This document shows positions 19,173-28,573 of a stretch of 64,000 nucleotides of DNA, piece by piece. The DNA is taken from the IMG/VR virus record IMGVR_UViG_3300034061_006011. The stretch is one strand, 5' to 3'. The notes beneath the pieces were generated by a model. The model did no database searches and had not been told where the DNA came from. It was given only the letters and a program-made list of their open reading frames with translations. Position 1 is the stretch's first letter. Every line of letters begins with the position of its first letter. The position numbers were made by a program, and so were the translations under genes. Origin of the DNA: a virus (Duplodnaviria > Caudoviricetes).

Positions 19173-20363
19173 TTAAAATGTCCTATCCGCACTTGTGAAC
19201 GGATTTCCAAGAATTTCTCTAATAGCACCTAGTATTGCTTCGTTCCGTTTTTCTTCATCCTTAAGAACACCATGCGGAATTTCTGTGACAATCACATTAT
19301 CTCCTAATGTTCCTTCTATAATTTCTTTTTCCACTGCTTCTGCAACAGTTCCTTTATAAGTGTACGAACCAATTTGTGTTATAGAAGCCAAGTTGACTAT
19401 ATTTTGAGGAAATTCCTTTTTCAGCAGAGACACAAACTTTTCATTATCATTATCATAATTTTCACCATCTGTGAAATAAAAGAAATAGATGTTCCAATTG
19501 TTAGGAGGAAATCTATTCTCAAATTGTTTTGCAACTAGATCTAAAGCTGTAGAACATGTGGTGCCGCCACCGTTTCTTATCCTATAGAAGTCCTTTGCAT
19601 CTACTTCGTGAGCAGCAACGTCATGCCAAACATAAAGTCTTTCGACTCTTTGATAAAAACTTCTGATATAAGTGTCGATCCAATAAGCCATATCAGACAC
19701 AACAGAAACTTTATTATCATCCATTGATCCGCTAGCATCTCTAGCAAAGATAACAACTGCGTTGCTTGAAGGAAAGACAATTTCGTTATATTGTCTGTAC
19801 CTTTTGTCACTATTAATAGGATTAATCATCCTGACTTTATCTTTAAAGCCGGGAATTTCGTACATTTCGTTGATTTCGCCAGTGCCACAAAGACGTTTCA
19901 AAGCCTGAAGCATTGTTCTGCGAGTGTGACGAAGAGATTCTGGACCAACAAGAGAAATGTTATTATATTTGATTTTTACATCTTCAAGATTGGCATTTTC
20001 TTTTGGTTTGATATCAGGAAGACTGAGTTCTTCTTTCATGAAATGAAGAATGTCTTCCATGTCTAGCTGGACGATGATGCCTTCGCTTTCATCTTGTCCA
20101 GCACCATTACCATTTCCTTTTGGTCCACCATCTTTACCGATGGTGTCGCCATCTTTGCCATCTCCACGCCCAACACCATTAGGATTCCTACCATGAAGAA
20201 AATGAGGAATGTCAATTGATGGTATTTTGATTGAAACTTTACCGTTTTTACCACGGTGGCGAAATACTTCGCCACTCTTGATAAACTTCTTCAAGTTTTT
20301 TCTGATTCTACCGCTGACAATATCTCTAAAGTCTTTATGGTCGGAATCAATCCTTCTTGGCAT
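19173..20363 (-). CDS. yeaH: YeaH/YhbH (DUF444) vWA-type protein
   Basis: GDGKDGD Gly-rich region, RYRQY, FARDASGSM, GGGTTCS, FTDGEN. Confidence 0.9.
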   Translation of the reverse strand: MPRRIDSDHKDFRDIVSGRIRKNLKKFIKSGEVFRHRGKNGKVSIKIPSIDIPHFLHGRNPNGVGRGDGKDGDTIGKDGGPKGNGNGAGQDESEGIIVQLDMEDILHFMKEELSLPDIKPKENANLEDVKIKYNNISLVGPESLRHTRRTMLQALKRLCGTGEINEMYEIPGFKDKVRMINPINSDKRYRQYNEIVFPSSNAVVIFARDASGSMDDNKVSVVSDMAYWIDTYIRSFYQRVERLYVWHDVAAHEVDAKDFYRIRNGGGTTCSTALDLVAKQFENRFPPNNWNIYFFYFTDGENYDNDNEKFVSLLKKEFPQNIVNLASITQIGSYTYKGTVAEAVEKEIIEGTLGDNVIVTEIPHGVLKDEEKRNEAILGAIREILGNPFTSADRTF

Positions 20364-20378
20364 TGATGTCCCCTTAAA

Positions 20379-22454
20379 TTAGAATAGGTCTTCTGCTAAA
20401 TCGCCTCTTGCAAAAATACTGCTTACATAATCAAGCACATCTGTTGCGCTCTGCTCATTATAACCATATTTTTCAACAAGTCTTTGCTTGACCGCATCAA
20501 TCTTCTTTTGAACATCTGGGTCAACTGTTGTTGCTCCAGATGAAAATGCACTCAATTTAATGTGATCTTTTGTATCCTCAAACAACTTTGATTCCAAAGC
20601 TTTCTTGAGAAGAGGGTTGCTATCCCATCTGAAAGTCTTACCTTTTACTGCAAGATCGCCAATAAAGGCTGCAATCATACGCCGGAAATCATCACAAGTA
20701 GATTCTGGAACATCAATCTTGCTCTCAATAGATCGCATTAGCTTTTCATCTGGACTTTCTTCTCGTCCAGTAATCTTATTGGTAATTCTTGCTTTATTGA
20801 TGTAAGCCATCAAATTGTCGATATAATTTGCACAAAGCCTGACAATTGCCTCTTCATCTCCCACAAGAGCCTTTTGAACTTCGTTCTTAAGAATGTCATC
20901 AAGCTTCTTAGTTGCAAGAGTAATGCAGTTTTGATACTTGCGTACCAAATCTTTGTTAGAAATAAGAGAATGATTCTCAAGTCCACTCTTCAAAGCATTC
21001 AGCACCATGAATGGATTAATATAATCATGTCTGCTTGATAAGGTAGAAGAAATCTTGTCCTGTACATATCTTGCAGACATGCCAGTCATACCTTCATTTG
21101 GGTTCTTATCCTTAATCTCTCTAACTCTATCAATTGTCCATCCGGGCAACATCTTTCCATCATAGAGGTCTGCTTTTTCTGTCAAAGTGATCTTATTGTC
21201 CTTGTCATCTTCAAGCCTTGTAAGGACTGAAAACAGTGCAGCAATCTGTAATGTGTGAGGAGCGATATGCTGCTTGATCTTATTTGAATTATAATCTTGT
21301 TCTAATACTTTGAGTTCCTTGCTCCATTCTAGGAGATAAGGAATTTCGATTCTTACAGTTCTGTCCTTCAAAGCTTCCATGTACTGATTGTTCTTTAACT
21401 TTTCGTATTCAGGAATATTGGTATGTCCGATGATAGCTTCATCAATGCTAATCTGAGAAAACTTTTTAGGCTTAATTGACTTTTCTTGTGATGCTCCAAG
21501 AAGATCGTACAAGAAAGCTGTTTCAAGCTTTAGCATTTCAATAAATTCGATAACTCCACGATTTGCAACGCAGAATTCACCATCGAAATTAAATGTTCTT
21601 GGATCAGAATCACTTCCAAATGTTGGAAGTAGAGCAAAATTGATATCACCAGTAAGTTCTGTGCTATCTTGATTCTTTTCATCTTTAGGCTGGAAAGAAG
21701 CAATACCAACTCTATCTGCTTCAGAATATTGTTTTCTGACAACAACAATGTGGTTATTTACAACTTTAACCCAATCTCCATTGTACATCTTGAGCAATTT
21801 GTCAAAGAAAAACTTACATTTTGGATTAATTTCACCTTCTACATTGAGGCTGTAGAGAGTTGTTCTTTGTGATGGATCAGCATTATCCCTATGAATCTTA
21901 TTCAATTCCTCAAGTACTTGCTTTCTTACTGCAAGAGGAAGAAGTTTGATTGGATCTTCGTTCATTGGGCATTCACAAGTGTCGCTTGTGTAGAAGCCAT
22001 TTTGTCCTGTTGGCAGATTGACCCACTTGTAGGAATACCAAGCGCCATTTTCAGTCTTGGAATAATCTTCCATATTACGCTTGATTAATCGGCAAATAGT
22101 AGACTTAGCAGAACCTACAGGTCCGCATAGAAGAAGGATTCTTTTTTCTGGACCGTAATGTCCTGCGGCACCCTTGAAATGAGCAACCAAAGACTCAAGC
22201 TGATCTTCGATACCAAAAACTTTAATTTCTTCATGATTTTCAAAAAATTTATAGGTTACGATCTTCTTGCGATACTTGTCAATTTCTTCTGTTCCGAATG
22301 AAGTGATCATGTCGTAAATTCTTTGATGAGAATTACGAGCTAATTTTGGATTACTGTAACATCTGTTAAGATATTCTTCAAAACCAAGCTCTTCATGGAG
22401 CTTCTTATAATCATCAAGATTGTTGTTATTAGCAAACTGTGTCAAACTAACCAT
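20379..22454 (-). CDS. prkA: PrkA/YeaG family AAA+ serine kinase/ATPase
   Basis: LLLCGPVGSAKST Walker A, CPMNEDP, QDSTELTGDI, FDGEFCVANRGVIEFIEMLK, EALKDR, GMSARY. Confidence 0.95.
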   Translation of the reverse strand: MVSLTQFANNNNLDDYKKLHEELGFEEYLNRCYSNPKLARNSHQRIYDMITSFGTEEIDKYRKKIVTYKFFENHEEIKVFGIEDQLESLVAHFKGAAGHYGPEKRILLLCGPVGSAKSTICRLIKRNMEDYSKTENGAWYSYKWVNLPTGQNGFYTSDTCECPMNEDPIKLLPLAVRKQVLEELNKIHRDNADPSQRTTLYSLNVEGEINPKCKFFFDKLLKMYNGDWVKVVNNHIVVVRKQYSEADRVGIASFQPKDEKNQDSTELTGDINFALLPTFGSDSDPRTFNFDGEFCVANRGVIEFIEMLKLETAFLYDLLGASQEKSIKPKKFSQISIDEAIIGHTNIPEYEKLKNNQYMEALKDRTVRIEIPYLLEWSKELKVLEQDYNSNKIKQHIAPHTLQIAALFSVLTRLEDDKDNKITLTEKADLYDGKMLPGWTIDRVREIKDKNPNEGMTGMSARYVQDKISSTLSSRHDYINPFMVLNALKSGLENHSLISNKDLVRKYQNCITLATKKLDDILKNEVQKALVGDEEAIVRLCANYIDNLMAYINKARITNKITGREESPDEKLMRSIESKIDVPESTCDDFRRMIAAFIGDLAVKGKTFRWDSNPLLKKALESKLFEDTKDHIKLSAFSSGATTVDPDVQKKIDAVKQRLVEKYGYNEQSATDVLDYVSSIFARGDLAEDLF

Positions 22455-22455
22455 G

Positions 22456-22782
22456 TTATTTTACCTCTCCAAAGTGATTGCCACTAGAAATATCATCAAT
22501 CGGATTATACGGAGTTGTTCCCATATGGGAAGAACTTTCTGCTTTTCTTCTTAGATCTTGAGCTTGTTCCAAGTTATATCCAGCCCTGTAATTAAAATTA
22601 TCAAATTTACTAGTGTCTTTAGGTTGGGCGAACTTAATATTAGCATCATTTATTAATTTTTTCTTTTTCTTCGAATTACAATCAGGACATGAAACGCTAG
22701 CGTATCGACCTTTTGGATCGAAAGACGCTAGTGCTTCGTAGTTTTTATCACAGTTTTTACAAGCAAAATTATATGTAGGCAA
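22456..22782 (-). CDS. FmdB-family zinc-ribbon protein
   Basis: MPTYNFACKNC...VSCPDCNS. Confidence 0.8.
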   Translation of the reverse strand: MPTYNFACKNCDKNYEALASFDPKGRYASVSCPDCNSKKKKKLINDANIKFAQPKDTSKFDNFNYRAGYNLEQAQDLRRKAESSSHMGTTPYNPIDDISSGNHFGEVK

Positions 22783-22832
22783 GACATTGACCCTTGAACT
22801 ATATCAATAAATTAGTGCAAGGTTTGAAAAAC

Positions 22833-23111
22833 TTAATCTTGAATCAATTTTTTTAATTCATTATAAGCAATTTTAATTTTTTCCATTTTATTTTTTAATG
22901 ATATAAACGACCAAAACCAAGAACTTTTACAAATTTTCAATGATTCCTCAAGCAATTTTGTTTGAATTTCTTGCTCAAGAAGAATATTTTGTTCCATCTG
23001 TATGGCTAACATTTGAGAATCGATGAAACTTTCGTTTCCGTCTTCATCTTCATCTTCAAAGTCGTCATCGAACTCATCATCGCCATATGTTTCAAAATCA
23101 AATCTTTTCAT
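22833..23111 (-). CDS. Acidic hypothetical protein
   Basis: DDEFDDDFEDEDEDG tract; GGAGG RBS, ATGA overlap. Confidence 0.6.
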   Translation of the reverse strand: MKRFDFETYGDDEFDDDFEDEDEDGNESFIDSQMLAIQMEQNILLEQEIQTKLLEESLKICKSSWFWSFISLKNKMEKIKIAYNELKKLIQD

Positions 23112-23686
23112 GGCGGTGCCTCCTTATCCAAAAGAGTTCTTATGTTCTTAGCATCATTCCAAAATGATTCAAGTTTAATTTGATTTAAACTCTTATCACC
23201 TAAAAAGATGCTATTACTATTTACTATCCTATCTCTGACTTCTTCAAAATTATTTTGAATATTCCAATGAACTAAATCATAACACTTATTTTCTTCCATT
23301 TTCCCATAAGAAACCGAATCAGTATCATGAACAGGACTGGTTATCAATACATATTTGTCTCTAATGTTTCGTGTAAATTTAAATTTGTTCATACAAAAAA
23401 CATTTGATACAACAATAGCACAAGATCTATCCCATATATTAATTCTTGTAAGAATGGTTGGATTGAAACATGAATGAACATAAAATACAGGAATTCCAAT
23501 TTTTCTTGCCCAAGGAACCATATCGACTTGAGAATTTCCTGAAACAAAAATTACTGGATTTACTTTTGGCATGTTCTTGTAAAAAGAAAACCAACATAGA
23601 AATGACAAAACATCATATGGTTTGTATGGAGGGACAACAATACCTAGATTGAACTTTGGATATTTAATTTCTGGAAATAGAACCAT
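23108..23686 (-). CDS. Hypothetical protein
   Basis: ATG at 23686 overlaps TGA of the upstream small ORF. Confidence 0.55.
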   Translation of the reverse strand: MVLFPEIKYPKFNLGIVVPPYKPYDVLSFLCWFSFYKNMPKVNPVIFVSGNSQVDMVPWARKIGIPVFYVHSCFNPTILTRINIWDRSCAIVVSNVFCMNKFKFTRNIRDKYVLITSPVHDTDSVSYGKMEENKCYDLVHWNIQNNFEEVRDRIVNSNSIFLGDKSLNQIKLESFWNDAKNIRTLLDKEAPP

Positions 23687-23844
23687 CAAAACTTAAAGAG
23701 TTTCTTTCTCATATTTTTTGGAGATTTAGGGAAATGTGGTCCAACTGTTTTTGGAATATTCATCCTCAATACAGTAAAGCTGTTATGGCGACTGCCACCA
23801 TGACCATTTCTTTCATCAAGTTGTAAGAAGTCTTTGAAAGTCAT
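23686..23844 (-). CDS. Small basic protein with leader motif (52 aa, absent from ORF track)
   Basis: Hand translation: MTFKDFLQLDERNGHGGSRHNSFTVLRMNIPKTVGPHFPKSPKNMRKKLFKF; overlaps both neighbours' stop/start. Confidence 0.7.
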   Translation of the reverse strand: MTFKDFLQLDERNGHGGSRHNSFTVLRMNIPKTVGPHFPKSPKNMRKKLFKF

Positions 23845-24158
23845 GGATTTCCACCCAAAGCAGCATTAACTAAAGCAGCGGCGTTGGCAGCAGGATTAGC
23901 AGCAGTCACCTGTGCCATTGCTGTTAAAAATTTAGGATCTTCTCTTAATTTTTTTATTGCGCCTTTTTGATCTCCCGTAGAAAATAGACGAAGAGCAACT
24001 GGATTGGCTTTTGCTGCTGTTTCAAGAGCAGTTCTAGTAGCTGGATTTATAGGCTTGGTAGATGCTGGTGTCTTAGTAGTAGCACTAGTTGTTCCTACAG
24101 CTGGAATAGTAGCTGCGGCTTCTTCAATTTGATTCATATATTTTTTAAATGATAACAT
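23841..24158 (-). CDS. Ala/Thr-rich protein with leader motif
   Basis: MLSFKKYMNQIEEA; ATAAATA 5 nt upstream. Confidence 0.65.
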   Translation of the reverse strand: MLSFKKYMNQIEEAAATIPAVGTTSATTKTPASTKPINPATRTALETAAKANPVALRLFSTGDQKGAIKKLREDPKFLTAMAQVTAANPAANAAALVNAALGGNP

Positions 24159-24186
24159 ATCTCTATTTATTTAGGAGGGTTCAAAA

Positions 24187-24315
24187 ATGAAAACATTTAT
24201 CACATTGGTAGTGGCTTTTGTTTTAGGTTTTTTTGTTGGTGTAACTTCAACAATCATTGGACAGTTTCACTACTGCCCATTTGTTAAAGCAAAACTCATC
24301 CATAAGCATGAATGA
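24187..24315 (+). CDS. Small single-pass membrane protein (42 aa, absent from ORF track)
   Basis: GGAGG RBS; MKTFITLVVAFVLGFFVGVTSTIIGQFHYCPFVKAKLIHKHE. Confidence 0.55.
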   Translation: MKTFITLVVAFVLGFFVGVTSTIIGQFHYCPFVKAKLIHKHE

Positions 24316-25666
24316 TTTTATCAATAATATTAGTTGTTGATAGACCTTCGACCAAAGGAATGAATTCAATTCTATCAACAACATTGGCTCCAGCAATGTT
24401 TTTACCTCTCCAATCTTCACCCTTAACCAAAACATTTGGTTTAATTGATTCAATTGCATTTTGAGGGAAATCTTCTTCTAAAACAAAAATAAAATCTACA
24501 TATTTTATTGCTTTTAACATTTCAATTCTTTGAGACAAAGGTATGATTGGTCTTTTTTCACCCTTCAATTTAGCTATACTCTCATCTGAATTAATACCAA
24601 CACAGAGTTTGTCACCAAAAGATTTTGCTTGTTTTAAAGATGATATATGACCATAATGTGTAAGATCCATGCAGCCATTAGTCCACACTAAGCTAAAATC
24701 CCTGTTTCTTAACACAGCAGGATTATCAATCACTTTATCTTCAACAAAAAAATCTGATGGGTTTAAAGGTTTGTTATAACGGTTAGCAACATAATTAATC
24801 CCAGCTTCAAACGAAATGTTTAATGATTCTAAAAAATCGATGCCTAGACCTAGTGACATTGCCAAGAATGCCATGTATGCATCTCCAGCACCAATTACGC
24901 TTTCTGGTTTTATTACTTTTTTACTAGGTGTTACATGATATATTTTGTCATTATCATCAATTGCATCTACACATTCCCCTGCATTTGTAATAACAACATT
25001 ATTACATCCTAACAATGCATGAAGCCATTTCAACTGATCTTCAACTTTTTCTTTGCTGACAAATCTTTTTGCTTCAACAGCATTAGGCTTAAATAAATAA
25101 CATCCTTCCCAAATGTTAAGATTCTTTTTGGGATCAACGAGCGATTTACTTTGCTTTAAATATTTTTTATGCCAATTTGTTGAAAATAATCCTTTATCAT
25201 AATCTGAAAAAATATTAATATCTGCTTCTGGAATCTTGAGTTCTTCAAGATAAGAGTCAATATTGCTTAGTCCAAAATTAGACTTTTCAATATCCCATCT
25301 GGTTAAAGGGTGAAAATCTTTGTAAAATCTTCTTTTTATTGGGTTGTTAATTTTTTCATCAACAATTGAATATTGAGTATTTATTCCATTTGAAGAACAA
25401 ATTTGTTCTGATTTAGGGTTCAACAAAGAGATAATATTAACTTTTACATTAAAATTGCGGAATTGATAAGCAACATTAGCTGCACCTCCGCATAATGTCT
25501 GATATGGTTCAGATGTATTAGAACTGTGAACTGGAATTGGAAATTCTGGACTTATTCTGTCAACTTCAACATGATAATATTCATCAATAATAACATCTCC
25601 AATAACATTAATTGTTATTGGTTTAACAAAAAGCTTATCTATTAATTTTGAAAAAATATTGTTCAT
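24296..25666 (-). CDS. hldE: Bifunctional ADP-heptose synthase HldE (PfkB kinase + nucleotidyltransferase)
   Basis: GDVIIDEY, RISPEFPIPV, GGAANVA, SDYDKG, VDPK, GAGD; WTNGCMDLTHYGH, GINSDESIAKLKGEKRPI, LVKGEDW. Confidence 0.92.
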   Translation of the reverse strand: MNNIFSKLIDKLFVKPITINVIGDVIIDEYYHVEVDRISPEFPIPVHSSNTSEPYQTLCGGAANVAYQFRNFNVKVNIISLLNPKSEQICSSNGINTQYSIVDEKINNPIKRRFYKDFHPLTRWDIEKSNFGLSNIDSYLEELKIPEADINIFSDYDKGLFSTNWHKKYLKQSKSLVDPKKNLNIWEGCYLFKPNAVEAKRFVSKEKVEDQLKWLHALLGCNNVVITNAGECVDAIDDNDKIYHVTPSKKVIKPESVIGAGDAYMAFLAMSLGLGIDFLESLNISFEAGINYVANRYNKPLNPSDFFVEDKVIDNPAVLRNRDFSLVWTNGCMDLTHYGHISSLKQAKSFGDKLCVGINSDESIAKLKGEKRPIIPLSQRIEMLKAIKYVDFIFVLEEDFPQNAIESIKPNVLVKGEDWRGKNIAGANVVDRIEFIPLVEGLSTTNIIDKIIHAYG

Positions 25667-25700
25667 GAAGTAAATATAGTTAAAGAAACTAAAGGAAAAT

Positions 25701-26978
25701 ATGCACAATTTACATCAACTAAGAAAAAAGCTAATCGACGATCAATTCGTAAATTTTTTGGTTGAAAAAAGAGTTAGTCCAACTGATTTGATCTCATTAG
25801 CGATGAAGATCAATAACACAAGAAACCTTAATGAAGGGATTTTTGGAGGTATTGGTGGCGCTTTAAGCGGTTTGTATCATGGTTGGAAATCAGGATATGG
25901 CAGTAAAGATATTACCAAAGCAACAGAAATTTTAAAAAATCAATTAGATTTCGCTTATAGAACCTTTAAAAATAGCTTAGTAAAAAGTACTGGAGATGAA
26001 GCTACTGCAAATAAAATCTTAGATAATTTAAGAAAAAATTCAGACATTGCAATTACAAAAGCAGTAAGTGGAGAAACTACAACAGAAAAAGAATACGGAC
26101 CAACAAAAAGTTCTCCTACTTTTACACCTGTTCCTGCAAAAGAAAAAATAGAAGCTGAAGCCGAGGCAGAGGCTGAAGCAGAAGCCGAAGTGCCAAAAAA
26201 ACCAAGAAAACCAAGAAAACCAAAAGATCCTGCGCCAATTGTTACGCCGCCAGATGGCAGTGGTGGTCCTCCAATAATGTCAGACCCAACTGGTCCTGCT
26301 CCTCTTCCAGCAGACGATGAAGACACTGGAGAAATGACAAGAACAGGAGAATTACCAGAACCAGAACCAGAACCAGAACCAAAAAAGGAAGTATTATCTT
26401 TCAAAGATAAAGAGTTCTTAATGAATTTAAGAGAATTTATTGATATTTTAATGAAAAAATTAAGTTTTATTGAACAAAAAAAATTACCTTTCTCTGTCTT
26501 AACAATACTAAAAAGACTTTATAGATTTGGATATATTTATGGATCTAGAGATCTGCAAGACCTTCACAAAGAAAAAAATGTAAATAAAATTGGTTCAGAA
26601 GAACATGAAGAAATGTTGAAAAAAATTGTTGAGATATTCACAAACAATAGTTGTGATTTTAGCAAAGAATCGTTAACTAATAACTTGATAAGAAGATTTG
26701 AATATTATGAAAAAAATCATGGACTAACAGGTAGCAATCTTAATAAAACTTTGAAGGAAGAAAAAATTTGGAAAAATTTATTTTCAGCAATAGATGATAC
26801 TAAAGATTATTTAAATTCTTTTTGTATAGACAATCCAGATAAATGCGGAGAAGGATTAAAAACCCTTGGTGCTGCTGGACAATCTGGTGTTGCACGACTA
26901 CTCAACAGTTTAGAAGAAGCAAAACTATCTTTGACTTTCAAAAATTGGTTACTAATTAAAGAAAATATACTATTTTAA
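25701..26978 (+). CDS. Hypothetical low-complexity protein (EA, KPR, PE repeats)
   Basis: 425 aa; LNEGIFGGIGG segment; C-terminal SLTFKNWLLIKE; TAAATA upstream. Confidence 0.65.
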   Translation: MHNLHQLRKKLIDDQFVNFLVEKRVSPTDLISLAMKINNTRNLNEGIFGGIGGALSGLYHGWKSGYGSKDITKATEILKNQLDFAYRTFKNSLVKSTGDEATANKILDNLRKNSDIAITKAVSGETTTEKEYGPTKSSPTFTPVPAKEKIEAEAEAEAEAEAEVPKKPRKPRKPKDPAPIVTPPDGSGGPPIMSDPTGPAPLPADDEDTGEMTRTGELPEPEPEPEPKKEVLSFKDKEFLMNLREFIDILMKKLSFIEQKKLPFSVLTILKRLYRFGYIYGSRDLQDLHKEKNVNKIGSEEHEEMLKKIVEIFTNNSCDFSKESLTNNLIRRFEYYEKNHGLTGSNLNKTLKEEKIWKNLFSAIDDTKDYLNSFCIDNPDKCGEGLKTLGAAGQSGVARLLNSLEEAKLSLTFKNWLLIKENILF

Positions 26979-27005
26979 CAGCATACACAGCTTCATGGAG
27001 ATGAA

Positions 27006-27755
27006 ATGAAATTTCTACTAAGTGTTTTGCTTTCTGCTCTTTTTACAGTTTCATGTTTTTCTGCTGATTCACTTATAGCAGTTGAACCACCAGCAATCCC
27101 GCAGTCACCCATATATTCAATTACAAATAAAGTTGAAGGACTTGAACTGCCTGAACCAATCACGGTTGATAGCAGTGAAGGATTTCTTGTTGTCCAAGCT
27201 AAATCCAAGGGACAAGTTAAATGGTTTGTAGTTGGTAACAGCAAAGTTAAATATGTTGCTAATGATGCTGCAAATAGTTTAATTGTTTCTGTTCCTCAAT
27301 CTGGAAGCATTAATGTTTTTGCTATTGCTCTTATAGAAGGCAAGCTAACGGATTTTGCAAGAACCGACATTACAGTTAAAGGCGTTAAGCCTGATCCAGT
27401 AAAACCAGATCCAAATGATCCTATTGATCCAGATGTAGTAATAGAAAAGGTTCCAGAAGGTTTGCATGTTACTTTTTTAACAGATTATAATGAATCAACA
27501 CCAGATATTGCAGCTGTTTTAAATGGTAAAGATATCAGAGATATTATTCTAAAAACAAAAAGCTTTTATAAGGTTTATGATGTTAACAGTTTGGTTGTCA
27601 AACAGAAGAAGATGGATGGGCTTCTTAAGAAATTAAACAGTAATAATTTGTTTGTTGTACAAAAAACTGATGGAACTGTCCTTTACTACAGTGCTATTCC
27701 AAAAACAGAAGCAGAAGTTATTAAAGTTCTAAACAAAATTACAAAGGGAGAATAA
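27006..27755 (+). CDS. Secreted/lipoprotein-like protein with PDP-rich linker
   Basis: Signal peptide MKFLLSVLLSALFTVSCFSA; KPDPVKPDPNDPIDPD. Confidence 0.7.
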   Translation: MKFLLSVLLSALFTVSCFSADSLIAVEPPAIPQSPIYSITNKVEGLELPEPITVDSSEGFLVVQAKSKGQVKWFVVGNSKVKYVANDAANSLIVSVPQSGSINVFAIALIEGKLTDFARTDITVKGVKPDPVKPDPNDPIDPDVVIEKVPEGLHVTFLTDYNESTPDIAAVLNGKDIRDIILKTKSFYKVYDVNSLVVKQKKMDGLLKKLNSNNLFVVQKTDGTVLYYSAIPKTEAEVIKVLNKITKGE

Positions 27756-27756
27756 C

Positions 27757-28563
27757 ATGAGTTTTCCATCAATATATTTCGACGGTTATTATCGTATTCT
27801 TTCACACACACCAAGTCCAGAAAATGATACTCCAAAGTTTGGAGATGCGTTCAAGAGCTTTAACGCTGCTGTTCTTAAAGAAATTGATATGTCTTGGCAA
27901 GGGCATAGAATCCTAAACCAAAAGTCAACTAACAGCTGTGTTGGTCATGCATCTGCTGCTGGAATGGAAATTTTGCAAAAGCAACGTCAAAACATTCAAA
28001 AAAGTTTCAATCCATTCTTCCACTATGCTTTAATTAATGGTGGACAAGATGGTGGAGCTTATATTTCAGATAGCCTTAATATGCTTAGAAAGTATGGAAT
28101 CTGCGAAACAAGTGCATTCCCACATGACCGTGTTTATTACAAGAGCAGTCTAACCAAGGCTTCTTATGACAATGCTGCTAGATTTAAGCTGGGATATGCT
28201 TATCAATGTGACACATTTGAAGAAGTTTGCCAAGCAATCAATCTTGGTTTTGTTGTAAACATCGGTATCCTTGTTGGATCTAACTTTATTAAAGTTGATT
28301 CAGAAGGTATTTCTCCACTTCCAAATGGTGGTGGTGGAGGACATTCAATGCTTGCATGCGGAATAAAACAACATAGCAAGTATGGCTGGTTGGTAAAACT
28401 TCAGAATAGTTGGGGTTCCAGTTTTGGATTAGGTGGCTATTGCTATGTTAGAAAAGAACATTTTACAAGCCGAAGCAAGCTTGATTGTTTTGCTTTCCAA
28501 GGTATTGTGGAAGATCATCTAGATAAAGATCCGGCAGACGATGTCCCTGTTGTTAAAGTATAA
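27757..28563 (+). CDS. Papain-like (C1) cysteine peptidase
   Basis: NQKSTNSCVGHA (Gln/Cys), GGGHSMLACG (His), LQNSWG (Asn). Confidence 0.88.
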   Translation: MSFPSIYFDGYYRILSHTPSPENDTPKFGDAFKSFNAAVLKEIDMSWQGHRILNQKSTNSCVGHASAAGMEILQKQRQNIQKSFNPFFHYALINGGQDGGAYISDSLNMLRKYGICETSAFPHDRVYYKSSLTKASYDNAARFKLGYAYQCDTFEEVCQAINLGFVVNIGILVGSNFIKVDSEGISPLPNGGGGGHSMLACGIKQHSKYGWLVKLQNSWGSSFGLGGYCYVRKEHFTSRSKLDCFAFQGIVEDHLDKDPADDVPVVKV

Positions 28564-28573
28564 GGAGCTTGAT

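Noticed and set aside
25955-26404. Antisense or alternative-frame ORFs (e.g. 1228..1674, 25955..26404, 28519..28914, 43224..43625, 55915..56262, 61193..61615)
   Set aside because: They lie within well-supported genes and mirror low-complexity or codon-biased sequence; no RBS or domain evidence.
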